In this document: piece after piece, positions 41,645 to 52,416 of the stretch
How positions within the stretch are numbered: position 1 is the stretch's first letter
Layout: each line of letters begins with the position of its first letter
Assembly (NCBI RefSeq): GCF_006345805.1
Contig: NC_043000.1
Span: 132,370,001 to 132,434,000 of the forward strand
Source: Octopus sinensis
Taxonomy: Eukaryota
Direction: 5' to 3'
DNA length: 64,000 bases
Translations under genes and position numbers: made by a program
Notes under the pieces: generated by a model
The model's input: the letters and a program-made list of their open reading frames with translations, nothing else
The model's database searches: none
Told to the model about the DNA's origin: nothing

Positions 41645-41931
41645 GGAGTTAGAAACCGGTCCTGCATTATCCGATTCTAGGTTGTCCATTTATCGAATGT
41701 TCTTCCAAGAGGTAAGACAAATTTTTCATGTTTGTTGCACACACACGTCTTTGCTAGTAAATACGCAGTGAAGCTATACAATAGCGTCGTATTTGTATCG
41801 ATTGCTATTTTCTAGTAAATATTGGTGCCTTGTTGTACCACTTATCTATTTTTATATGTATAATTCTACCCTTATGGGGCTTTATTTTACTGGAAAGTAA
41901 TACATTTGTATTGCATTATTATTTTCATTAT

Positions 41932-42620
41932 ATCACCTTGATCACCTTGACCGACCAGTCCGTCAGGCGTCCATTTGACACCGCTGGTCACAGCACGCTG
42001 TCCACTCCTCTCTGGATCGCGCCTTTCTCATCCACGTGATCCCAATCGTCCTCCTGAAATCGTAACTCCACCGTGGTGGAGGTCTTCCGGGTGGTCTTTT
42101 CCGCTCGCGCGGGTACCACTCGACAACTGCGTGGGTCCACCGATTATCGGTGAGCCGGGCGACGTGTCCAGCCCATCTATACTTTCAGCGTGTATACTCT
42201 GCGATGACATCTCTCACGCCGGACTTCTTTCTGATGATCTCGCTACTGATGTGCTCTCTCAACGAGATAACAAGCATTGACCTTTCCATGACTCTTTGAG
42301 CCGTTACCAGTCTCTGCTCTTCTCTTTTTGTGGTAGCCCAGGTTTCACTACCATATAACATTGCAGGTAGAACTGCACTGTTAATGACGAGGTTGGGGCG
42401 TTGAGCACAACCTTCCCTTGAGCACATCCTTATGCCATTAAACGCCTTCCATCCGGCCCTTACTCTCCGTGAGATCTCCTTTTCGATATCTCGGCACATA
42501 ATCACTTCCTGTCCCAGGTAGACATATTCCCTTATCTCCTCTATTTCATCACTGCCGATCACCATTCGACCTGTTGGTACGTTGTCTGATCGCATGAACT
42601 TTGTTTTCATGCGGTTACTT
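41932..42620 (-). mobile_element. RTE-clade LINE 3' end
   Basis: ORF 42185..42646: EYVYLGQ...EISRRVRAGWKAF...LPAMLYGSETW; next frame WAGHVARLTDNRW..WYPRERKRPPGRP; short (TCAAGGTGA)2 tail. Confidence 0.93.
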
Positions 42621-43369
42621 TTCAAAAGGACTAGTGTATTAAACAATTTGTGTAGATACTACACTTGATTTTGCTGTATTACGCTCTTACAGTAAATCTT
42701 TCGTCGCTGTATGTCCAGATCACATCCCTATGTCATTCATTTAGTGTATGTGTATGTGTGTATATATGCATTTATATATATATATGTTTGTGTCTGTGAT
42801 GTGTATTTTCAGTTTATTGCTACTATTGTTTGGTTTATTCAAGTAAATGAAAACTATTGTTTAAAATGTTTTTTAAGCAATATATCTTGAAGGTTAAAAA
42901 GCTTTGATTGAACTTATAAGCTTTCTCAATGCTGGTCTTTTATCAAAGATGCTGGTCTTTTATCAAATTTTATGTCAATGTCTTACATAACTGGTTTTGA
43001 CTTCATTAGCTAGATGTCACCTTGATTTCAGCCTTTCCTCCTACGGTACCAAGCTACTTTTAAACTGGACGTAAAATCTCTCTGTACCATCATCTCATAT
43101 AAGAATATAATCATAGCCCTTACGTTTTCCTGGAACATCACGTTTTCCTTGACTCAGCATTATAACCTTTTTTGCCTTACAGAAGTTGTCTTCACTCAAC
43201 AACCCAATACATACACACATACAAACGCATACGACTTGTGTCTCATTTAATTCTCCATTCTTACACTCACTCACACATACACACACACGCATGCACACAT
43301 CTACACACACACATTCACCCTTTCTTTGTCTTGTTAAACGTCCGTATGCTTTTTTTAACTTTCAAGAAG

Positions 43370-43423
<54 letters not shown>

Positions 43424-43569
43424 GGTTAAGTAATTGAGATTCTAGTGAATTCTAAAGAATTCACATGAATATGGTCCTTAACTAGGATGCACCGGAAATC
43501 TATATGGTGTTAACCATACGACAAGTGGGTGATTACAAATAGGAAAAAAGCAACAAGAATGGATTAAAA

Positions 43570-43657
43570 TCTCGGTACGATCGTTTCGTACGAGGACATC
43601 TTTAATAAGCTACAAAAAATGCAGTGAATACAGATGGCTCGTACTCATCAGCCGAAA
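43570..43657 (-). ncRNA. Type I hammerhead ribozyme motif (left arm)
   Basis: Minus strand UUCGG-CUGAUGA-GUACGAG...CUCGUAC-GAAAC-GAUC-GUA/CCGAG; activity not tested. Confidence 0.8.
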
Positions 43658-43930
43658 AAACATCAGAGAATTCCCAAACATCAAAAGGGGTAGATACAAA
43701 AGAGGTTGTAAGATTAACTGCATTGAAGAAAGTTCGATTCATGGAGATCCGAAAATTTCTTCACACAACTTGATTAAAAATTCAATATGAGCTATATGTA
43801 GACATGCACAAATTCTGTAAGTTTAAAACCTTTCATCGGATCTCCATGAATCGAACTTTCTTCAATGCAGTTAATCTTACAACCTCTTTTGTATCTACTC
43901 CTTTTGATGTTTGGGAATTCTCTGATGTTT

Positions 43931-44018
43931 TTTCGGCTGACGAGTACGAGCCATCTGTATTCACTGCATTTTTTGTAGCTTATTAAAGATGTCCTCGTAC
44001 GAAACGATCGTACCGAGA
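43931..44018 (+). ncRNA. Type I hammerhead ribozyme motif (right arm)
   Basis: Helix I UUUCGG (43931-36)/CCGAGA (44013-18); core CUGACGA 43937-43; helix II GUACGAG/CUCGUAC; GAAAC 44001-05; palindromic helix III ACGAUCGU; GUA cleavage triplet ending at 44012. Confidence 0.8.
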
Positions 44019-44045
44019 TTTTAATCCATTCTTGTTGCTTTTTTC

Positions 44046-44079
<34 letters not shown>

Positions 44080-44082
44080 TAA

Positions 44083-44260
44083 CTACATGTGTGCAGTTGG
44101 TGATTTCTTCTCCATCTTTAGACTTTTCTCTTTCTCCTTTCCGACGAAGAGCTCTGCTTGAAACGTCAAACTCTCTCCTTTCACCGAGCGATATGTTAAT
44201 ACATTTCTTGTGCACATCCTCACGTTCGTTTTTATCGGTTTTTTATTTGAATTAACTACA
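44083..44260 (+). mobile_element. Penelope/retrozyme-like short repeat, diverged copy
   Basis: CCGACGAAGAGCTCTGCTTGAAACGTCAAAC, homologous to 45180-45210; flanked by (TA)n. Confidence 0.6.
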
Positions 44261-44264
44261 TATC

Positions 44265-44309
<45 letters not shown>

Positions 44310-44312
44310 GTA

Positions 44313-44356
<44 letters not shown>

Positions 44357-44376
44357 TATATATATATATATGTATG

Positions 44377-44476
<100 letters not shown>

Positions 44477-44517
44477 TATATATATTTAATCCAAACAAGA
44501 AAGCACAAAAAAAACAT

Positions 44518-44655
44518 AACAACGCGAGGACGTGAAACAAATATAGTATTATTGGACGCTCAGGAAAGAAGGAGGGTTTAACGTTTCGAGCGGAGCTCTT
44601 CGTCGGAAACATAGGTGAAGGAAAGATCCAGAGAAGGGGAGACAGAGGGGAAAAA
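44518..44655 (-). mobile_element. Penelope/retrozyme-like short repeat
   Basis: Inverted near-identical copy of 45133-45282; adjacent to (TA)n. Confidence 0.7.
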
Positions 44656-44682
44656 TCGCCAAAGGTACCACGCGGTCACATT

Positions 44683-44790
<108 letters not shown>

Positions 44791-44808
44791 TTCTATATCT
44801 CTCTCACG

Positions 44809-44857
<49 letters not shown>

Positions 44858-44924
44858 AATATGGCCGCGGCCTTCGGGCTAAAACATTTTTAAGGATTTA
44901 AGGATATGTATATATATATATATA

Positions 44925-45132
44925 CAGGGTGTCCCAGAAGTCGCGCACCATTCTGGTTTTCATTTAAAATAATTAAACCATTTTATTTTATTATTTTTTT
45001 TCTGCCGGTTTTATTGTAGAAGGTGCTCAATTTGAGTATTTGTTACGATTAATTTCAATAAAGAGTTTTTAAAATCAATAAGGGTGTATTCTTTTAAAAA
45101 ACCACGGTGGTGCACAACTTCTGTGACACCCT
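44925..45132. mobile_element. Tc1/mariner-type MITE (~210 bp)
   Basis: TA-CAGGGTGTCCCAGAAGTCGCGCACCA vs TGGTGCACAACTTCTGTGACACCCT (45108-45132). Confidence 0.7.
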
Positions 45133-45282
45133 TTTTCCCTCTGTCTTCCCTTCTCTGGATCTTTCCTTCTCCTATGTTTCCGACGAAGAGCTCCGCTCGA
45201 AACGTTAAACCGTACTTCTTTCCTTCTTTCCTGAGCGTCCAATAATACTATATTTGTTCCACGTCCTCGCGTTGTTGTGTTT
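45133..45282 (+). mobile_element. Penelope/retrozyme-like short repeat
   Basis: Contains GTTT-CCGACGA-A-GAGCTCCGCTC-GAAACGTT-AAAC; ends in (TA)n. Confidence 0.7.
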
Positions 45283-45843
45283 ATATATATATATGGTAAT
45301 TTGACTTCTCTCTTATCCTTCATCATTCCAATCAATAACATCATTATCATAATCACCGATAAAATAATCTCCAACCGCTGACGTATTGGTAGGTAAAGAG
45401 CCAGAAACTATAACAATATATTCTGTCTCCTTTTCCACCCTCGTCCTTATTATCACAGCACCACCGTCATCATATTCCCGATAAAGTCTTCATTATCTGC
45501 ATTAACATTTATCATTATCGTTAATGCTTGTCTTCTCTCAGGAATGAGACTCTACGTATTCGAAATACCTGTCTAATCTCCCCCAGATTACATTCTGCCG
45601 TCTTATGGAAGAACATATTGTAGAATGTGGTTCTTGATTTACTGTACATGAAAACAAAACCAAGTTGCTCACGGTTGTGATGTCTGATCACAAATATTTC
45701 ACACAATGAGAGCTGAGGTGGGTCTATAATAATAAAAAAAAATCGGAAAAAAGAAATCACATTTTCGACTGTTTCAGGAATTTCTTTCTTTTCTACGATT
45801 GTCATATTTTTACTCACACCAGATAATAATGACTGTTGCTGTT

Positions 45844-46315
45844 TTCTTCTTCTTCCAATCAGGACTCACGCCATTAGCCACAAAGAATAATCTCCAATTC
45901 GAGCCTACTCTAAGCTACTAAGAATGCGTGTGGTAACTTGAAGATCCACCCACCACACGCGATAGACTGGCGGTTGCACGGGAGCGAAAGCTACGTTGTT
46001 ATCCTCATTCCGTAAACGGTAGCTTTTAACGGGTGGAGAGCTGAACCATCCTGGGGTACAGAGGATTCGCAATCTAGACTAGGGTCTGTAAGTTTACCAC
46101 ACCATAGTGGGTTACACCATGGTTCCTCTGCTTTGTGGCAGAAGTAGGAAGAAAGAGTGAGAGAAAGTTGTGGTGAAAGAGTACAGCGGGGTTCACCCCA
46201 CCCCCCACCGGAGCCTCGTGGAGCTTAGGTGTTTTTGCTCAATAAACACCCACAATGCCTGGTTCTTACGACCGCGAGTCAACTGCCCTAACCACTGGGC
46301 CATTGCGCCTCCACT
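45844..46315 (-). mobile_element. SINE family C, tail type 3 ending in (GAA)n, with TSD
   Basis: Head matches 9563-9745 with a B-box deletion; flanked by ACTGTTGCTGTT (45832-43) and ACTGCTGCTGTT (46316-27). Confidence 0.85.
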
Positions 46316-47653
46316 ACTGCTGCTGTTGCCATGATGTCCAAAAAGCCACTGGTCGCTATCGGGTATATATGCAAGAGAAAATGTAACGTTAATTGGGCTA
46401 ACCTGTTTATATAGGAATCTACGTTGTTTTAATTATAGATCTTTTTTGTAAATTGAGTGTGACTGAATAGAGTGAGGTCGAATGGTATTTAAATACAGCT
46501 TTTCTTTCTAGCATTTTATAGAACGTAGATACTGTGATTGTATAGGTCAGCATGATCTGTAAATGCTTAATGTTTAATGTTGACATGGGTTACTTAAATG
46601 GCAGATTCATCACAGCAGAAGCATATGACACCCCAAAGCTGTGTGTGTGTGTGAGTGCGTGTGCGTGCACGCGCCCATGTATTGTTTATGCACACACACA
46701 TATATGTATGTATGTATGAATGTATGGATGTACGTATGCATGTATGTATGTTTGCAAGCATATATGGATATATGTATATATTCAAATACTTGGACAACAG
46801 CACTATGCGATGAGAAGGTAAAATACGATTTTGATGGATTCCAGATAAATGATTTCCATGGTAAACTTCAAAGGGCAGGTGGAATAGCTTTTGCAGAAGT
46901 CGACGTCAAAACCTGGTAAGAAAACAGACTGACTCAAGATACTAAGTGTTAGAAGTCAAAAGAGCAAAAAATTTCTTGTTGGCGACTGCAGAGTGGCAAG
47001 GAGGATGACGAACTCTCTGTTGTACGACAAATCTTTTCATAATGTCATTTCATTTATTGACTTGTCAACAGACACCGATATTCAGCAATATTATCAACCT
47101 CTTCCAGGAATTTCAACCGTGTTTCGTGGTCTGCTACCACAACAGCTCCTGTATAGGATCCAGTTAGCTCAAGACATCATCAGGAAGAACTACGTCCGGT
47201 TTCGGCCCCTACTCCTCTACCGTTTTGACGTGGCGGTGCCCGTCCTTTCGGAGATGTCTTCAGCTTTGATGTTGGGTGCATGTCTTCTTTCTTCTGTTCC
47301 CTGGCCTCTTCGATTTAAATAAAATAAATTATCCTGATGTAGTATCAGTAGGTGAATAAGTAAAACTTGACTCACTCTTCAATTCAATTCGTGTAACCCC
47401 GATCGCTTTATTTAGCCTGCTGATGATACTTATGGCTATAAACTGTTGATTTCATCCCCTTAAATCAAACATCGTGTGGAAGGCAACCAATGACAAAGTT
47501 ATCACCTCTATTTTTACCTCATCCTCACTACATCACACTCATCTTTACGCTGTCTCCCATAAATTTCATTTAATTTACTGTTTAATTTTTGCGTGATGTA
47601 AGTTTAGATAATTTTATAATTTATGTTTTATATAGGGAGAAAGAGTTTTATAT

Positions 47654-47824
47654 AGGCGTAGGAGTGGGTGTGTGGTAGTAGCTTGCTTACGAACCACATG
47701 GTTCCGGGTACAGTCCCACTGCGTGGCACCTTGGGCAAATGTCTTCTACTATAGCCTCGGGCCGACCAAAGCCTTGTGAGTGGATTTGGTAGACGTAAAC
47801 TGAAAGAAGCCCGTAGTATATATA

Positions 47825-47898
<74 letters not shown>

Positions 47899-48088
47899 TT
47901 GTCCCCCCAACATCGCTTGACAACCGATTCTGGCGTGTCTATGCCCCCGTAATTTAGCGGTTCGTCAAAAGGGACCGATAGAATAAGTACTAGGCTTACA
48001 AAGAATAAGTCCTGGGGGCGATTTGCTCGACTAAAGGCGGTGCTCCAGCATGGCCACAATCAAATGGCTGAAACAAGTAAAAGAGTAA
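47654..48088 (+). mobile_element. SINE family A
   Basis: AGGCGTAGGAGTGGGTGTGTGG head through GTAAAAGAGTA tail. Confidence 0.9.
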
Positions 48089-48139
48089 TAGATATATAAG
48101 GCTTACAGTTTTGTTATATATAGATTTATAAGGCTTACT

Positions 48140-48500
48140 AGTTTTACTATGGATTTCAAATTTTAGCCCAAAGTCAGTAAGTTCAGGGAGAAGGTAAGTC
48201 AATGACATTGATCTTAGTACTCAACTGGTATTTATTTTATCGACCTCGCAAGGGATGAAACGCAAAGTCGACCAGGGCGGAATTTAAACCCACAACCTAA
48301 AGACAGACGGCTACTATTTATAATATTTTAAACGCTTAGCGGCATTTTTTTCGATTTTTTTTTTCCGATTCAAAGTTCAAATACTGCCGAGGTCCTACTT
48401 TGCCTTTCATAGTTTCGGAGTCAATAAAATAAGAACCATTCTTGCACCGGGGTCGATATGATCGATTAACCACTTTCTTCAAAATTACTGGCCGTCTACC
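48140..48500. mobile_element. Two diverged SINE B' fragments in opposite orientation
   Basis: Minus copy ~48140-48310 (TTATCGACCTCGCAAGGGATGAAA); plus copy ~48340-48500 (GTTCAAATACTGCCGAGGTC..GCCTTTCAT..GGGGTCGAT). Confidence 0.65.
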
Positions 48501-48776
48501 AAAAGTTAGCAAGAATTACCCACCTTGGTTGATTCTCGTTTCATGTGTAGATTTTATTTGACAATACATTTTATTAGCTACCAGCCTGTTGGAGATGCGC
48601 TTCAGTTTGGAGTTTTCTTTTTTTCTAAACGTTCAGCGCTCAATCTATATTTCTAATATCATAAACGTATGAAACATAACCATAATTATACTTTGTAGTC
48701 TTTAATTTTTTTTCCAAATGCATGCTGATAATGAAAATTTTCAGAAATACGCTTTTAAACGTGTAAATTACCATTA

Positions 48777-49200
48777 TACTCTTTTCTCTCTCTTTTACTC
48801 TTTTACTTGTTTCAGTCATTTGACTGCGGCCATGCCGGAGCACCGCCTTTAGTCGAGCAACTCGACCCCGGGACTTATTCTTTTTGTAAGCCCAGTACTT
48901 ATTCTATCGGTCTCTTTTTGCCGAACCGCTAAGTGACGGGGACGTAAACACACCAGCATCGGTTGTCAAGCAATGCTAGGGGAACAAACACAGACACACA
49001 AACACACACACATACATATATATATATACATATATATGACAGGCTTCTTTCAGTTTCCGTCTACTAAATCCACTCACAAGGCATTGGTCGGCCCGGGGCT
49101 ATAGCAGAAGACACTTGCCCAAGATGCCACGCAGTGGGATTGAACCCGGAACCATGTGGTTGGTTAGCAAGCTACTTACCACACAGCCACTCCTGCGCCT
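48777..49200 (-). mobile_element. SINE family A
   Basis: Complete, reverse orientation, ends ACACAGCCACTCCTGCGCCT. Confidence 0.9.
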
Positions 49201-49952
49201 AATGTTGAACAAATTTAAAGAACTTTTCTTTCATTCTTTTTTTTTTTTTGTAATTCAAAAACAGAAGAATTCCATGCCCGTGTGATCATTCAATAACTTG
49301 CTCATAATCGTTGCTCAGCATAAAAAGTCTATGACATCATCCTGATTAGTGTTACTCGTCATCTCTTTGGAATTGGAAGGTATGATGAAAAAATTTCGGA
49401 GTTTATGTGTAGCCTGCCACAATGTGAATGGAAACCATTCAGTTATAAAAGCATTAACAGCCCAGTGTGCGACAATACAGATCAAAAGTATCCTGGATGA
49501 AATTCTGCAACGTGCCCTGTTCCTCTTTGTTATTTCACATCGTTATGTTGTACGATGATCAGGAACAAGATATCTAATGGCTAGAAAGATATGAACCTCT
49601 ATTCTTTCTGAATAAATAATAATAACACTAGCATATGAAGATTAGCGTAACTTTTTTTCACGAAGGTGAGTATACAATTAAAGGAGCGCGATATGTTCAA
49701 TTCAATAAAGAAAGTCAATGTGTTTTATTTCATATCGCATCGTACTCTAACAGCAGCAGCAGCGACAGCAATAGCAGCAGCAACAACAACAACAACAACA
49801 ATTCTTTCCGCTATCGGTACAAAGCCTGAAATTTTATGGGAGGGAGCTTGTTGATTACATTACCCCAGTGCATGATTAATATTTATTTCATCGACCCCGA
49901 AAAGAGGAAAGATAAAAATCGGCCTTAACGGAATTTGTATAATAATAATAAT

Positions 49953-49986
<34 letters not shown>

Positions 49987-49989
49987 GAA

Positions 49990-50703
49990 AAGAAATACAC
50001 AAAGCAAAATCCCAACAATAACTGAGAAGCTCAGGACTCAAAGCAGAAAATGAAAGATCTTTAATTGCAGCACAAAATCAAGGCCTTTCCACCAGAAACC
50101 ACCAAAAATATGTAATGAAAAGAAATACAAGTAACTGCAGAATATGTGATGAAAAAGAAAAAAACAATAAATCATATTGTCTCTGGCTACTCAGTCCTGG
50201 CTAAGAAGGAATATATTCATAGACACAACAGAGTTGGGACCTATATACGCTGGAAGCTATGCCAGCACTATGGAATAGCAACAGAAAAGAGATGGTACAG
50301 GCACACGCCAAAAAAAGATCACAGAAAATGAGAAAGCAACCATACTCTGGGATATACACATATAGCAAAATTGAGTCCAAAAGGCCGGATATAGCTGTCA
50401 GAGAGCGCCAAGGAAAAATGCTTTCTAATCGATGTATCAATACCAACAATTGACAATGTTTCTCTAAAAGAAACTTTCAAAATACAGAGATCTGGAAATA
50501 GAGGTAACTCGAATGTGGAGCCTAAAAACAGAAACAATTCCTATTATAGTAGGCGCATTAGGTATGGTTAAAAAAAAAAAAAGAAAAAACATTCAGCCAA
50601 ACACATAACAAAAATACCAGGGCTTACAAGTATATATAATATACAGAAAATAGCACTACTACCCACCGCACACATCCTACGTAAAACACTTTCAATAGAG
50701 TGA
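49990..50703 (+). mobile_element. R4/Dong-like LINE 3' end: Zn-knuckle and restriction-like endonuclease
   Basis: CRICDEKEKTINHIVSG...HRHNRVG..WKLC, RPDI, FLIDVSIP, KYRDLEIEVTRMW, PIIVGALG, IQKIALLPTAHILRKTLSIE*; preceded by (AAT)n. Confidence 0.9.
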
Positions 50704-50704
50704 A

Positions 50705-50933
50705 TACTTACCTAGAAAGGAAGGCGGAAGAGGGTTAATATCAGTAGAAGGCTGCGTGGAGTTAGCTAGAGAAGACATAGAATCTTATGTAGGTAATAGT
50801 AAAGTAAGTTTATTAAAAGCTGCTAGAGTCACAGCAAGACATAGAGAAACCAAAAAACCAAACGTAGTTAAAAACCAGAAAAAAGAACAAAAGTTATCTG
50901 ACTGGTAGGAGAAGTATTTGCATGGTAGATTCC
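50705..50933 (+). mobile_element. Second R4/Dong-like LINE fragment (post-RT)
   Basis: LPRKEGGRGLISVEGCV...LSDW*EKYLHGRF. Confidence 0.8.
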
Positions 50934-51650
50934 CATTTACAAATACGGTTTTAGTTGTTGATAAAAGGTGGTCTTAGTGTGCTATTCTTTTGTAGAATCG
51001 GGGTTTGAGGATGATCTGACTGTTATTTGCAGTTGGTTGAGAGATCATATAGAAGTTTCCTTTGTTAGCTCAAAGGAAGTTAAGTTGTGTAGTTTCACAC
51101 GCGTCTCACACTAAGATTGATGAACGACCCTTGCTTTTGCTCCGTGAGCGCTAACCTTGAGCAGCACAGCTTAATATTATTTTGCTCGTATTGTTAATAT
51201 TTATTTTTCTCTGAATATTCTTATGAATTTCACAAAATACTCATCGCTAATAATTTATATATCTTATTAATTTCCTTATACAACCAAATCTTTTATAAAG
51301 TCTCCGTATGTGTGCATGTGCGCGCGTGTGCATGTAGCTACCACAGTAAGCTCCTCGTACGGACTCGTCTATCAGCCTATGTAGTAATCTACAAAATAGT
51401 ATAATGTAAAGTGTCCATGCAAATGAAAATCCAACTCTAGTTGAGTGTTGAATTGTTGCTATAACCACGATGTGTGTGTGTGTATCTTCGAAGAAGAATT
51501 GAAATTGCCATTGAAGAACATGTAAATAAAATTTCTCTCATTAAATTTATGCCTGTAAAACTGCACCATTTAGAGTGTTCAATCATGCTATTTACTAGGA
51601 AACACTTCACATTAAAATAAGACAGCAGCTCTCATGGCTTCTGATCTTAA

Positions 51651-51843
51651 CTGACTGGCAGGAGAAGGCTTTGCATGGTAGATTCCTAAAGATATTTGCA
51701 GTAAAGTGTAGTAGTGAGACATAGTTATGGTTGCAGAAAGGAAGGCTGAAAAGGAGACAGAAAGTTTGTTAGTAGCAGCACAAGATCAAGCATTAAGAAC
51801 TATTGGATAAAAGCCAAGATAGACAAAAACGAAGTAGATTCCC
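51651..51843 (+). mobile_element. Continuation of the post-RT LINE fragment
   Basis: DWQEKALHGRF...LWLQKGRLK.ETESLLVAAQDQALRT. Confidence 0.8.
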
Positions 51844-51844
51844 G

Positions 51845-52360
51845 GGAACAAGCGTTAAGCAGCGACTATTATCATGTACGCGTTTTGTCTTGATGTAAAA
51901 GATGGGCTGCAGCAAATATTCTGCTCAATAACAGATTTTCTTATCAGTTGCTTGACCACAACTAGTTGAGCATATCCCTCAGTGGCTGACGATAAGTGCA
52001 TCTCTGATCACGAGCAGGAGTAGTGAGGGAGCATCATAACCATGTGTTGAGAGGAATTCTCTGGGGTTTGCATAATTTACCGCTGGAAACATGAGTGTTT
52101 CGTTCATCATCCTTAAACAACCTTTATTCAGGGACCTTTTGAGTGGGATGGGCCACTCAATGTGAAGAAAATTCTAACTGGTCCCTACTTGCAAGGTCGT
52201 GCGCTGTTTATCTTGTTATGAGATCACCATGTCGTGCAATATGGTTATGAATGCATGTACCTGGTGTACCTTTATCAGACAGGTAGTCATGATGGGTATA
52301 TTAGGCTTCGTATATTTGTACCCCAGTGTCATTTTTGATGGCATGCGCTGCTTTCTCACT
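51845..52360 (-). repeat. Unclassified interspersed repeat abutting an (AAT)n array
   Basis: GC-richer non-coding block ending exactly at the (AAT)n tract; recognised from memory as a common octopus repeat, no second copy in this window. Confidence 0.35.
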
Positions 52361-52361
52361 C

Positions 52362-52416
<55 letters not shown>

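Larger units (their letters stand above)
43539..44049. repeat. 214-bp near-perfect inverted repeat (2 mismatches), 83-bp spacer
   Basis: 43539-43752 is the reverse complement of 43836-44049. Confidence 0.95.

Noticed and set aside
42929-42967. 19-bp tandem duplication (similar ones near 6181, 11790, 34580, 48090)
   Set aside because: Ordinary slippage duplications.
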